64,000 nt of DNA from an uncultured cyanobacterium (lineage in GTDB: Bacteria > Cyanobacteriota > Cyanobacteriia > PCC-6307 > Cyanobiaceae), in contig CAVONQ010000018.1 of NCBI GenBank assembly GCA_963697335.1, positions 32,001 to 96,000 on the forward strand. Reading direction: 5' to 3'. The notes below the pieces were generated by a model. That model did not search any database and was not told where the DNA came from. It saw nothing but the letters and a program-made list of their open reading frames with translations. The translations under genes were made by a program, and so were the position numbers. Shown one piece after another: positions 9,660 through 24,416 of this stretch (position 1 is the stretch's first letter; the number at the start of each line of letters is the position of its first letter).

Positions 9660-11078
9660 TCAGCTTCCAAGCGGGGGCAGGCTGGGCAGCACGGGCTGGT
9701 CGCGCACTTTCAGCACCACGATCGAGGCGTCGTCGTCGAGCTGGCGGTTGGCGCCCACGAAGCGATCGAGGCGGGCGAACAGCTGATCGAGGATCTCCTG
9801 GGCGCCGAGGCCGGCGCGGCAGGCGGCTTGAAAACTCTGCACGAGCCGCAGTTCTTCGTAGCGCTCGCCCCCGAGGCCAATCGCCTCCGTGAGGCCATCG
9901 GTGTAGTACAGCACCACATCGCCGGGGTCGAGCACGGTGCCGTCCACGCCGTACTCGGCGTCGCTCTGCAGACCGATCAACGGGCCTGCTGCATCCAGCC
10001 GCTCCAGCTGATCGGCCTGGCGCCGCCACAGCAGGGGGGGATTGTGGGCGGCATTGCCGTAGCGCAGTCGCCGGGTGCGGGGGTCGAAGTCGGAATAGAA
10101 GAGCGTCACAAAGCGGTGGGAATGGGAGAGGTCCTCCTGGGCCAGTTGGTTGAGGTCGTGGAGGATCCGATCCGGCGGGTGGCCGCTGAGCACCTCGGCC
10201 CGCAACATGCCCCGCAGCAGGCTCATCAGCAGCCCGGCCGGCACCCCCTTTCCCATCACGTCGCCCATCACCACGGCCCAGCGCTCCCGCTCCAGCGGGT
10301 GGCCGGGCCGGGCCGGCCGGGTGGGAATGAAGTCGTAGTAGTCGCCTCCCACCTGGAAGGCCGGCCGGCAGCGGGCCGCCAGCTCGATCCCCTCGATCAC
10401 GGGACAGCGATCCGGCAGCAGCTGGCCCTGCACCTCGGCGCCGATGCTCAGCTGCCGATCCACCCGTTCATGGCGACGCATGTCCTGGAGCAGGGTGTCG
10501 TTTTCGAGGGCCACACCGGCCAGATCGGCCACCAGCTGCACGTGGCGACGATGCACCTCACTCCAGCTGAATCCCTGCCGCTGGCTGAACACATAGAGAC
10601 GGCCCCGCTGGCGGCTGCGGCAGACCACGGACGTGGCGAACACCTGAGCCCCGCCGATCAGCCGCCCCACCCGCTGGTCGAGGCCACCGAGTTCGGTGGG
10701 GTCATCGCGCAGCAGCGGCCTCTCGCTGCTGGCCAAGCCCCCCAGTTGCCGCAGCAGCTCGGCGCAGCGCTCGTAGGGCGTGGCCTGAAGCTGCTCCTTC
10801 CAGAGGCGGCCGTCGTCATGGAACACCACCAGCACGGCCCCATCAGCCTCCACAAGCCGCGCCGCCACCGCCGGCACCAGCTCCAGCAGGCGGCTGAGGT
10901 TGGTCACGCTGCGCAGCGCAAAGGCTAGGGAGGCCAGCAGATCCTGGTTGCGGCGCTGCTCCCGGTTCAGGCTGTCGAGCAGTTGCCGCATCGAGGCAGC
11001 CGCCGCAGGGTCGGGGGCAGGGACCGCGGCCGTAGGGGCCAGGTCAGCATCGAGGCGCGTGGGCGGCTTCTGGCTCAA
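9660..11078 (-). CDS. GAF-like plus PP2C/SpoIIE (RsbU-like) Ser/Thr phosphatase
   Basis: [44 protein letters not shown]. Confidence 0.9.
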   Translation of the reverse strand: MSQKPPTRLDADLAPTAAVPAPDPAAAASMRQLLDSLNREQRRNQDLLASLAFALRSVTNLSRLLELVPAVAARLVEADGAVLVVFHDDGRLWKEQLQATPYERCAELLRQLGGLASSERPLLRDDPTELGGLDQRVGRLIGGAQVFATSVVCRSRQRGRLYVFSQRQGFSWSEVHRRHVQLVADLAGVALENDTLLQDMRRHERVDRQLSIGAEVQGQLLPDRCPVIEGIELAARCRPAFQVGGDYYDFIPTRPARPGHPLERERWAVVMGDVMGKGVPAGLLMSLLRGMLRAEVLSGHPPDRILHDLNQLAQEDLSHSHRFVTLFYSDFDPRTRRLRYGNAAHNPPLLWRRQADQLERLDAAGPLIGLQSDAEYGVDGTVLDPGDVVLYYTDGLTEAIGLGGERYEELRLVQSFQAACRAGLGAQEILDQLFARLDRFVGANRQLDDDASIVVLKVRDQPVLPSLPPLGS

Positions 11079-11113
11079 GGAGCGGCCGCGGAGGATCCGA
11101 AGGGTAGCGGCGA

Positions 11114-12682
11114 TCAGCCCGCCATCAGGGCCTCCACGAACTCAAAGCTGTTGAACGGCCGCAGATCGCGGATGCCCTCGCCAGCCCCCACGAACCGGAT
11201 CGGCAGCCGGGCCTCCGACGCCACCGCCAGGGCGACGCCGCCGCGGGCGCTGCCATCCAGCTTGGTGAGCACCACGCCCGTGAGGCCGGCGGCGCTGGCA
11301 AAAGCCATCGCCTGCCGCAGCCCGTTCTGACCCTGGCTGGCATCGAGCACCAGCAACGACTCCACCACGGCCTCCGGCGCCAGCTTGTCGACGATGCGCC
11401 GCACCTTGGCCAGCTCCTCCATCAGGTTGTGCTTGGTCTGCAGGCGACCGGCCGTGTCCACCAGCACCAGTTCGGTGCCCTGGGCCCGGGCGGCCCCAAG
11501 GGCGTCGTAGACGACGGCGGCGGGATCGGCATTGGCGCTGGGGTTGGAGATCACCGCCACGCCACTGCGCTCACCCCACACCTGCACCTGCTGCACAGCA
11601 GCGGCCCGGAAGGTGTCGGCGGCGGCGATCAGGCAGCTGTAGCCGCTGCGCACCGCCAGGTTGGCGAGCTTGCCCAGGGTGGTGGTCTTGCCCACCCCAT
11701 TGACTCCCACCAGCAACCACACATTGAGGCGGCCGCGCTCCGGGGCCAGCAGCGGGCTGGCAAGACCCTGGCCTGGATCATCGAGGATCTGGCGCAGCTG
11801 TTCCTTGAGAAAGCGGAGGCCTTCGGCGGGATCCACCACCTCGCGGTTGAGGCGCTGGCGCAGGGCATCCAGCACGCGATCGGTGGCGCTCACGCCCACA
11901 TCGGCCCGCAGCAGGGTGGTTTCGAGGTCGTCGAGGGTTTCGGGGCTGAGGGGGTCATCGCCAAGCCGCTCCAGCAGCTGGCTGACAAAGCCCTGACGGG
12001 TCTTCTCCAGACCCTGCCGCAACCGCCCCAGCCAGTCGATCTCCTCCAGCGAGACGTCCTCCACCCGGCGTCCCTGGGCTGCCAGCACCTCGGCCGACCA
12101 GGTGAAGGTGTCGTCGAACGCCCCCAGCTGGGGTTCCGCTGTCCGGGATGGGACTGGGGCTGTGGGCTCGGACGGCTTCTGGACAGAGGCCGCTGGCGTG
12201 GGGGCGGCATCGGCCGTGATCGCTGCGGCAGCAGCGGTGATCGCCTGCTGGCGCTCGGCCCGCTGTGCCGCGGCCTGCTCGAGCAGCGAAACCGGAGCGG
12301 CCACCGGGGCTACCAGCGTGGTGGAGCCTGCTGGTGGTGAAGCCGGAGCGACCTCCGCTGTCTCAGGCTCAGGGGGGTGGGGCACCTGGGCAGCCTGCTC
12401 AGCCGCCAGCTGCTGGGCCTTGAGACGGGCATAGGCCTCCCGGGCCCAGGCGAGGGCGTCCTGGTCAGTGGCTGGTGGGGTGGTGGCCGCTGCAGGGGCA
12501 GGCGTGGCCGTCGCCGCTGCACTCTCCGGGACCAGCGCGGGCTCGACAGACGGCGGCTCCTGCACTGGCTCGGACGGCGGCGGCTCGGGCGCTGTCCGTG
12601 CGTCGGGGGAAGCGGTGGGGAGCGTGTCGTCGGCCGCCGGGGGCGGGGAAGCAGGCCTGCGCCTGAACCAGTCGAACACCAT
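11114..12682 (-). CDS. ftsY: Signal recognition particle receptor FtsY
   Basis: GVNGVGKTTTLGK, AADTFRAAA, DTAGRLQT, LTKLDGSARGG; Ala/Pro-rich N-terminal region. Confidence 0.97.
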   Translation of the reverse strand: MVFDWFRRRPASPPPAADDTLPTASPDARTAPEPPPSEPVQEPPSVEPALVPESAAATATPAPAAATTPPATDQDALAWAREAYARLKAQQLAAEQAAQVPHPPEPETAEVAPASPPAGSTTLVAPVAAPVSLLEQAAAQRAERQQAITAAAAAITADAAPTPAASVQKPSEPTAPVPSRTAEPQLGAFDDTFTWSAEVLAAQGRRVEDVSLEEIDWLGRLRQGLEKTRQGFVSQLLERLGDDPLSPETLDDLETTLLRADVGVSATDRVLDALRQRLNREVVDPAEGLRFLKEQLRQILDDPGQGLASPLLAPERGRLNVWLLVGVNGVGKTTTLGKLANLAVRSGYSCLIAAADTFRAAAVQQVQVWGERSGVAVISNPSANADPAAVVYDALGAARAQGTELVLVDTAGRLQTKHNLMEELAKVRRIVDKLAPEAVVESLLVLDASQGQNGLRQAMAFASAAGLTGVVLTKLDGSARGGVALAVASEARLPIRFVGAGEGIRDLRPFNSFEFVEALMAG

Positions 12683-13341
12683 CAGGAGGCCGTCACTGCG
12701 TTGGTGAAGCGGCGCAGCACGCCGTTGATCATGCGGCGGCCCTGTTCATCGCTGTAGCGGTTGGCCAGATCCACCGCCTCGTTGCAGGCCACGGCGGCAG
12801 GGGTGCCGAAGTCGGCAAGATCCACGGCGGCCAGACGCAGGATGTCGCGGTCGATACGGGGCAGCCTGGTCAGCCGCCAACCCTCCATCACGGCATCGAG
12901 GCGCCGATCGATGTCCTCGCGCTGGCGCAGCACGGCTCCAGCGCGATCCAGGGCACCGCGGCGCACCTCCTCCTGGTCGGCGAGCATCAGCAGGCGCGGC
13001 AGCTCCAGGCTGGCCGAGAGGCGGTTGAGCGCCTGCTCCGCGGCGGCCAGGCCATCGTGGAGGTGCTGGCGCACCCGGGGCAGCTGGCTCAAGCCCTGAT
13101 CCTGGAGCTCACTATCAAGGAGGTGCTGCTGCGACAGCTGCAGATCGGCGGCGGAGCGGTCGAGGGCTTCGCGCACGTGCTGGCTGAGGCTGGTCAGGGC
13201 CTGATGCAGCAACTGGTCCAGCGCCAGATCGGCGGGAGCCTGGCTGGCGGCGGCCGCTTTGGCGGCAGCGCCATCGCCACGGTCACTGATCTGACCCAGC
13301 ATCAGCAGGGCCAGTTCGCGGGAGAGGGTGCGGCTCTGCAT
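12682..13341 (-). CDS. nusB: Transcription antitermination factor NusB
   Basis: SRELALL, WRLTRLPRIDRDILRLA, NEAVDLANRYS, INGVLRR. Confidence 0.95.
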   Translation of the reverse strand: MQSRTLSRELALLMLGQISDRGDGAAAKAAAASQAPADLALDQLLHQALTSLSQHVREALDRSAADLQLSQQHLLDSELQDQGLSQLPRVRQHLHDGLAAAEQALNRLSASLELPRLLMLADQEEVRRGALDRAGAVLRQREDIDRRLDAVMEGWRLTRLPRIDRDILRLAAVDLADFGTPAAVACNEAVDLANRYSDEQGRRMINGVLRRFTNAVTAS

Positions 13342-14066
13342 CAGGACATCTGGGGGGCGCGCAGCTGGGCCAGCAGGCTGGAGAAGCTGCGATTGGGGGT
13401 TTCGCGTTCGTCGGGATTGACGATGCCCGCGGAGATGATCGTGCGGAAGGCATCCTCCACGGAGAGGTTCAGGTCCCGGACGGAAGTCTCGGGCACCACC
13501 GCGTACCAGCCGGTGGTGGGGTTTGGAGCGGTGGGGATGAACACGCTCAGCATCGGTTCAGTGAAGCCGGCCTGCAGGGCGCTGCCCAGCACCCCTGTGA
13601 CGAAACCCAGCGCAAACAGACCCTCGCGGGGATATTCCACCAGCACCACCCGACGGAAGCGGGTGGCATTGCCCTGCAGGAAGGTTTCCAGCAGCTGCTT
13701 GAGGGTCTTGTAGACGGAGCCCGCCAACGGGATGCGCAGCAGGGTGCCCTCGCCAAACTCCAGCAGCCAGCGACCCACGATGTTGCGGGCCATCAGGCCG
13801 ATCAGCAGGATGGCCAGCAGGGGCACCACCAGCCCCACTCCCAGGTTGATCAGCTCCTGCAGAAGCGGGCTGAGGGTGTTGAACGGGTTGAACTGCTTCG
13901 GGATGGAGGTGAGGAACGCCAGCACAAAGCGGCTGACCGTGGTGGCCAGCCAGATGGTGGTGGCCAGGGGGATCACCACCAGCAACCCGGCGATCAGGTC
14001 GTTCTTCAGATCCTGCTGGAGTCGGTTGCTCAGCGGCTGATCAGGTTTGGGACTGGATTGAACCAA
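13341..14066 (-). CDS. DUF502 membrane protein
   Basis: DLKNDLIAGLLVVIPLATT, VYKTLKQL, VVLVEYPR, FIPTAPNPTTG; TTG start at 14066 preferred (ORF open to 14105). Confidence 0.88.
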   Translation of the reverse strand: MVQSSPKPDQPLSNRLQQDLKNDLIAGLLVVIPLATTIWLATTVSRFVLAFLTSIPKQFNPFNTLSPLLQELINLGVGLVVPLLAILLIGLMARNIVGRWLLEFGEGTLLRIPLAGSVYKTLKQLLETFLQGNATRFRRVVLVEYPREGLFALGFVTGVLGSALQAGFTEPMLSVFIPTAPNPTTGWYAVVPETSVRDLNLSVEDAFRTIISAGIVNPDERETPNRSFSSLLAQLRAPQMS

Positions 14067-14134
14067 GGCAAAACCCGGCGATCCGGTCGACAGCTGCGAA
14101 GGCACAACTTAGCCAGCCAAGGCGCCGCCCCGTC

Positions 14135-14803
14135 TCAGACGAGGGCGACCAGTGCCACCAGCACAAAGGCCACCGCCAGCAGCATGGCCCGGCCTGTCCC
14201 ACCGAAGCGGCGCTGCTGCACGGAGAGATCGCGACCGAGGCGAGCCTGGTCGATCTGCTTCTGCGCCTGGGCCAGCTGAGGTTTGAGCTGGCTGTCGATG
14301 AACTCCTGGGCCTTCTGCTTCTTGATTTCGTCGGTGGCGCCGGCCGGAATCCGACCTTCCCGTTCCGCCTCGGCGATCAACTGATCCACGAAAGCCGGAT
14401 CCTGCAACTGCTGCTGCTGCTGCTCCAGCTGGGAGGTCTGCTGGGCGATCTGGGCTTCCGACTCCTGCATCTGGGCACTGAGGGAGCGCTCGGCCTCCAC
14501 AGCGATGGGCACCGTCACCACCATCGCCACGGCCAGCAGGATGGCCAGCACACCGGTGGTCCAGCGCAGGGCCGTACGGGAGGGGGCGCCCTCGAGGCGG
14601 CTGCCGAAGAGCATCAGCAGCAGGCCCACCAGGGCCATGGGCGACTCGGACACGAGCCGGTCGACGAACACCTGGCGGAACGGCTCCAGTGACCAGTTCC
14701 AGGCGGCCACCAGGGCTGCGATCTGCAGACCCATCAGCAGCACCAGGGTGAGGCCGATCCAGCGCAGGAGGAAGGCCAGTCGGCCGTGGGGAGCTGTACT
14801 CAC
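14135..14803 (-). CDS. HpsJ-like membrane protein with Gln-rich coiled coil
   Basis: C-terminal part of ORF 14135..15550: three N-terminal TM helices, coiled coil, C-terminal TM; GTG at 14803; family recalled from sequence and synteny. Confidence 0.7.
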   Translation of the reverse strand: MSTAPHGRLAFLLRWIGLTLVLLMGLQIAALVAAWNWSLEPFRQVFVDRLVSESPMALVGLLLMLFGSRLEGAPSRTALRWTTGVLAILLAVAMVVTVPIAVEAERSLSAQMQESEAQIAQQTSQLEQQQQQLQDPAFVDQLIAEAEREGRIPAGATDEIKKQKAQEFIDSQLKPQLAQAQKQIDQARLGRDLSVQQRRFGGTGRAMLLAVAFVLVALVALV

Positions 14804-14848
14804 AGGCGTTGCATTGCAGACTGAGATTGCGTGGCAACTGTACGGGCG

Positions 14849-15883
14849 ATGCCGATCGGCACCCAGAGCGCCCGCTTCGGCAGTGGCCATGGTCCGGAAG
14901 CGACGGGCCATCCGGCGGAGCTGGTGGACGCGCTGAAGCAGCGGGCCCTGGCCCTGGGATTCGATCCCGTGGGGGTGGCCGCCGTACCGGGAGGGCCGCG
15001 AATGGCATTGCGCAGCGCCGCCCTGGTGCGTTGGCTGGAGCGGGGAGACCAGGCCGCGATGACCTGGATGGCCGATCCACGCCGTCGCGCCGTGGAGGAG
15101 CTCCTGCCTGGTGTGCGCAGCCTGCTGGCGGTGGGGCTGAACTATCACGTGGCCGCAGAACGGCCCCGCGGCGCCTTGAACGTGGCCCGCTACGGCTGGG
15201 GTCGGGACTACCACCGGGTGATCGATGGCCGCCTGCGGCAGCTGGGCCGCTGGCTGGAAACCCAGGTTCCTGGCTGCCGCTGGCGGGCCTGTGTGGACAG
15301 CGCTCCGCTGATGGACAAGGCCTGGGCGGAGGAAGCCGGCCTGGGCTGGATCGGCAAGCACGGCAACCTGATTCACCACCGCAAGGGCTCCTGGCTGCTG
15401 CTGGGTCATCTGCTCACCAGCGTGGTGTTGCCGCCGGACCAACCGGCCGTGCCCCTCTGCGGCAGTTGCAGCCGCTGCCTGCCGGCCTGCCCCACCGGTG
15501 CGATCCGGGAACCCTTCGTGGTGGACAGCCGGCGCTGCATCGCCTTCCACACGATCGAGAGCCGCGAGCCCCAGCTACCCGCCGCGATCGCCGAGCAGCT
15601 GCAGGGCTGGGTGGCCGGCTGCGACCTCTGCCAGGAGGCCTGCCCCTGGAACCAGCAGCCCCTGGAGAGCTCAAGCGATCCCGATCTGGCTCCGAGGCCC
15701 TGGTGGCTCAACCTCTCGGCCGAGGCTCTGCAGTGGAGTGACCGGGAGTGGGACGAGCGGCTGCGCGCCTCGGCCCTGAGGCGGATCAAGCCCTGGATGT
15801 GGCGGCGCAACCTGCGGGCGGCCCTGGGGCTGCCAGAGCCTGAACCGGTTCGGAAGCCACTGCCTAGGGTGGTGGAGCCCTGA
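14849..15883 (+). CDS. queG: Epoxyqueuosine reductase QueG
   Basis: ARYGWGRDYH, VDSAPLMDK, GLGWIGKHGNL, CGSCSRCLPACPTGA, GCDLCQEACPWN. Confidence 0.94.
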   Translation: MPIGTQSARFGSGHGPEATGHPAELVDALKQRALALGFDPVGVAAVPGGPRMALRSAALVRWLERGDQAAMTWMADPRRRAVEELLPGVRSLLAVGLNYHVAAERPRGALNVARYGWGRDYHRVIDGRLRQLGRWLETQVPGCRWRACVDSAPLMDKAWAEEAGLGWIGKHGNLIHHRKGSWLLLGHLLTSVVLPPDQPAVPLCGSCSRCLPACPTGAIREPFVVDSRRCIAFHTIESREPQLPAAIAEQLQGWVAGCDLCQEACPWNQQPLESSSDPDLAPRPWWLNLSAEALQWSDREWDERLRASALRRIKPWMWRRNLRAALGLPEPEPVRKPLPRVVEP

Positions 15884-15886
15884 ACC

Positions 15887-16780
15887 ATGTCAATGAGTTC
15901 GCGCTGGCTGCGCGCCCTTGCACGCGTTGCCCTGGGACTGACCCTCAGCCAGACGCTCCCGGCCCAGGCCCTGGTGCCCTATGCCTACGTTCCCAAAGGC
16001 GAGGAGCTGCAGGGGGCGGGGCTGGGCATCGCCCAGGCGGCCGCCAGGCTGCTGCGGCTCGGCCAGGCCGAAGACGCCGCCCGGCTGGCCGCCCTGACGG
16101 TGCAGCTGTTGCCGGGAGACCCGCGCGGCTGGATGCTGCTGGCGGAAGCCCAGCTGCGCAGCAACCAACGCGAGGCGGCGGCCGTCTCCCTGGCCAGGGC
16201 CAAGGAGCTCGATCCACGCAACGCCGGCATCTGGTTCGCCGAGGGCTCCCTGGCCCTGCGCGATGGCCGCCCGGAGCAGGCGATCGGCCTGCTGGAGCAG
16301 GGGTTGCGGCTCGACAGCCGCAACGCCAGCGCCTATTTCGACCTCGGCAATGCCCACATCCTGCTGAACCAGCCCTCCCAGGCGCTGAAGGCCTTCGAGC
16401 GGGCCAGTGGCCTGCGCAAGGACTTCTGGGAAGCCATCAACAACCAGGCCCTGGTGCTCTACGAGCAGGGCAACGTGGATGAGGCGATCAGCCGCTGGCG
16501 GCGGGTGCTGCGGATCAAACCCGACGCGGCTGAACCCAACCTGGCCCTCGCCGCGAGCCTGTTCCGGCGGGGCGGGGAAGCCCGCAGCGAGGCCCTGGAG
16601 CGGGCCGGCAAGGCCCTCGATGCCGAACCCAACTACGTGCTGGACAGCTACCAGAAGGAACAGTTGTGGGGGCCGAAGCTGCGCACCACCACGCAGCAGC
16701 TGTTCGAGCAGCGGGAACTCAAGGCCCAGGTGGACCGCGCCATGGCCAACGCCAGCCCGGAGGATGGCATCGACCTCTGA
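15887..16780 (+). CDS. Tetratricopeptide-repeat protein with signal peptide
   Basis: AQA-LVPY cleavage-like site; TPR motifs AYFDLGNA, AINNQALVLYEQG. Confidence 0.88.
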   Translation: MSMSSRWLRALARVALGLTLSQTLPAQALVPYAYVPKGEELQGAGLGIAQAAARLLRLGQAEDAARLAALTVQLLPGDPRGWMLLAEAQLRSNQREAAAVSLARAKELDPRNAGIWFAEGSLALRDGRPEQAIGLLEQGLRLDSRNASAYFDLGNAHILLNQPSQALKAFERASGLRKDFWEAINNQALVLYEQGNVDEAISRWRRVLRIKPDAAEPNLALAASLFRRGGEARSEALERAGKALDAEPNYVLDSYQKEQLWGPKLRTTTQQLFEQRELKAQVDRAMANASPEDGIDL

Positions 16781-16892
16781 GCCATCGGATGAGCCATCGG
16801 AAGCGTCGGCGGCGATCTTGAGCGCCACAATCCCCCTTGGCAGCTGATCGGTAGGCTGAGCCCCACCTCTCGCCCCCAGACTTCAGTAGCGG

Positions 16893-19400
<2,508 letters not shown>

Positions 19401-19447
19401 GGGGGAGCCCAGCTGGGGTGAAACGGCTCAGGGCAAGGGCAGGCTGT

Positions 19448-20929
19448 TCAGCGCAGGGTTGCGGCGATGCCCGCCGGCTCCAGCATCAGTTTGCTGGAGC
19501 GCACGTCGTCGTCCATGGCAATCGGATAGTTGCCATCGAAGCAGGCGGTGCAGAAGTGGGAGGAGTTGGCGTGGGCGGCCTCCACCATGCCCTCCTGGCT
19601 CAGGTAGGCGAGCGAATCCACGCCCAGGTGGGCGGTGATCTCCTCGAGGGTGAGCCGGGCGGCGATCAAGTGGTCCTGGCTGTCGGTGTCGATGCCGTAG
19701 AAGCAGGGGTGGGTGACGGCCGGTGAGCTGATGCGCATGTGCACTTCACGGGCACCGGCATCACGCAGGGCGGCGACCAGCTTGCGGCTCGTGGTGCCAC
19801 GCACGATCGAGTCATCGATCACCACCACCCGCTGGCCGGCCAGCACATCGGGCAGCGGGTTGAGCTTGACGCGGATGCCAGCCTCTCGCATCGCCTGGGT
19901 GGGCTGAATGAAGGTGCGCCCCACATAGCGGTTCTTGATCAGGCCATCGGCATAGGGGATCCCGGTGATCTGGGAGTAGCCGATGGCCGCCGGAATGCCC
20001 GAGTCGGGCACCCCGATCACGATGTCGGCCGCCACGGGGGTTTCGCGGGCCAGCACTTTGCCGATGCGCACCCGGTAGCTGTAAAGCGATTCACCGAAGA
20101 AGCGGCTGTCGGGCCGGGCGAAATAGATCATCTCGAACACGCACAACTTGGCGGGTTCGTCACACCAGAAGCTGCGCCGCGGCTCGGCCTCCCCCTGCAG
20201 GTAGTGGATGATCTCTCCTGGCTGCACGTCGTCTTCGAAGCTGGCGCCGATGATGTCCAGTCCGCAGCTCTCGCTGCTCACCACCCACTGGCCGTCGCCA
20301 GGTTCGCCGAGATGGCCGAACACCAGCGGCCGGATGCCATGGCCATCGCGCAGGGCAAAAAGGGAGCCGGCGGTGCCGATCACCAAGCTGAAGGCGCCCC
20401 GGCAGAGGGCCGCCGCCTCGCGGATGGCGGGATCCCAGTCGAGGCCGCGGTTCACGGCCCGCTGCACGGCAAAGGCGATCAACTCCGAATCGGTGGTGGA
20501 GGTGAGTTCGCTGGCAATCTCGCGGAGGTCTTCGCGCAGCTGGGAGGCGTTGACGAGGTTGCCGTTGTGGGCGAGGGCAAAGGGACCCAGCCTGGTGTTG
20601 AGCACCACCGGCTGGGCATTGCACACCTTGCTGCTGCCGGTGGTGGAGTAGCGGTTGTGGCCGATCGCCAGGTGGCCGGGCATGCGCTCCAGCACGTCCT
20701 GGTCAAACACCTGGCTCACCAGGCCCATGTCCTTGTGCAGGCGCACCTGCTGGTCGTCGTCAAACACGGCGATCCCCGCCGACTCCTGGCCCCTGTGCTG
20801 CAGGGCATAGAGGCCGAAGTAGGTGAGGTTGGCCACCTGCTGCCCGGGAGCCAGCACGGCATAGACGCCACACGCCTCTTCAGGCCTGTCAGGACGCTCG
20901 GTGGACGGGGCGGGCTCCGGATGCTTCAC
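19448..20929 (-). CDS. purF: Amidophosphoribosyltransferase
   Basis: EEACGVY (propeptide and catalytic Cys), LQHRGQESAG, GHNRYSTTG, VIDDSIVRGTTS, PCFYGIDT; start approximate. Confidence 0.95.
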   Translation of the reverse strand: MKHPEPAPSTERPDRPEEACGVYAVLAPGQQVANLTYFGLYALQHRGQESAGIAVFDDDQQVRLHKDMGLVSQVFDQDVLERMPGHLAIGHNRYSTTGSSKVCNAQPVVLNTRLGPFALAHNGNLVNASQLREDLREIASELTSTTDSELIAFAVQRAVNRGLDWDPAIREAAALCRGAFSLVIGTAGSLFALRDGHGIRPLVFGHLGEPGDGQWVVSSESCGLDIIGASFEDDVQPGEIIHYLQGEAEPRRSFWCDEPAKLCVFEMIYFARPDSRFFGESLYSYRVRIGKVLARETPVAADIVIGVPDSGIPAAIGYSQITGIPYADGLIKNRYVGRTFIQPTQAMREAGIRVKLNPLPDVLAGQRVVVIDDSIVRGTTSRKLVAALRDAGAREVHMRISSPAVTHPCFYGIDTDSQDHLIAARLTLEEITAHLGVDSLAYLSQEGMVEAAHANSSHFCTACFDGNYPIAMDDDVRSSKLMLEPAGIAATLR

Positions 20930-20984
20930 CGCCACAAGCCCACTGTCAGAGATGTCGTGGTCGCATTCTGCACGACCACACCGC

Positions 20985-23387
<2,403 letters not shown>

Positions 23388-23442
23388 AGCCGGAGAAGAT
23401 CAGGAGCACCCAGTGTGGCTGAGCGACTGGGAGCTCAACGGA

Positions 23443-24411
23443 TCAGCCCCAGGGATCCTGTTCCGGATCATCCTCGGCATCGTCCGCCGCCGGCCGGCGG
23501 CGCCGGGACGACCGTGGCAGCGGCGGTGCGTCCTCCTGCATGGCCTCGCTGGGCTCGTCATGCCAGGGCTCTTCCCAGGGCTCCAGGGGGCCTTCGGCGG
23601 GCTCGTCCTCCTGGAGATCAACCGGCTGCCGCCGTGAGGAGTCCAGATCCGGACCCCAGTCGGCGTCCCAATCGGGATCCCAGTCAGCCGGGCGGCGGGC
23701 TTGCGGGGGCGGCTCCAGCCCCTCCCTCTCGGAGCCCTCTCCCCGGGAGACCTCCCAGCCAGGGCCATCCCAGGGGGGCTCCTCCAGCCAGCCCTCCACC
23801 CGCTGTTCAACGCGATCGCCCACCTGCTGGAACTGATCGCGCAGGCGAGTGGTTTCCTCCTGCATCTGATCCCGCCAGCGCCTGGAGCGCCGCAGGAACT
23901 GCTGGCGCACGCTGGCCCGGGCCAGGGGCAGGTCGTCGAGGCCCTCCAGGGTCGTGATCACCTGGCCGGGCTGCTGGTCCACGATCCGCTCCGGACCCAG
24001 ACGCCAGCGGCTGCTGCCCGGCAGCCGGGGATCACTGCGGCTCACCAGGTAGTGGAGGATCCGGCCGGTGGTCAGCTCGATGGCGGCATCGGCCAGGGTG
24101 CCGATCGGCTCACGCCTGGCATCCAGCAGAGAGGCATCGATCAGGGTGGGCAGCCGCTCCAGGGTCTCCTGGTCGGTCTCGGCGGGTTCCCCCTTCACCA
24201 ACACCTCCAGCTCCAGCAGCCCCCGCAGCTGGTCGAGGCGCCAGACCAGGCGGCGAGAGCCGAAGGCCGAAGGCCGGCTGACCCAACCCAGCACCCGGTG
24301 CACCGGCGGGTGCATCCACACCATCGCACCGGCGCCCCGCTCCAGACCCTGCTGGCAGCGCACCCGGCGCCGCAGCAGATCGCTGAGAAAAAGCTGATCG
24401 GGGAGCCCCAC
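23443..24411 (-). CDS. PRC-barrel-like protein with acidic Trp-rich tail
   Basis: VWMHPPVHRVLGW, YLVSRSDPRLPGSSRWRL; located between dnaN and purL as in picocyanobacteria. Confidence 0.75.
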   Translation of the reverse strand: MGLPDQLFLSDLLRRRVRCQQGLERGAGAMVWMHPPVHRVLGWVSRPSAFGSRRLVWRLDQLRGLLELEVLVKGEPAETDQETLERLPTLIDASLLDARREPIGTLADAAIELTTGRILHYLVSRSDPRLPGSSRWRLGPERIVDQQPGQVITTLEGLDDLPLARASVRQQFLRRSRRWRDQMQEETTRLRDQFQQVGDRVEQRVEGWLEEPPWDGPGWEVSRGEGSEREGLEPPPQARRPADWDPDWDADWGPDLDSSRRQPVDLQEDEPAEGPLEPWEEPWHDEPSEAMQEDAPPLPRSSRRRRPAADDAEDDPEQDPWG

Positions 24412-24416
24412 GCTGC

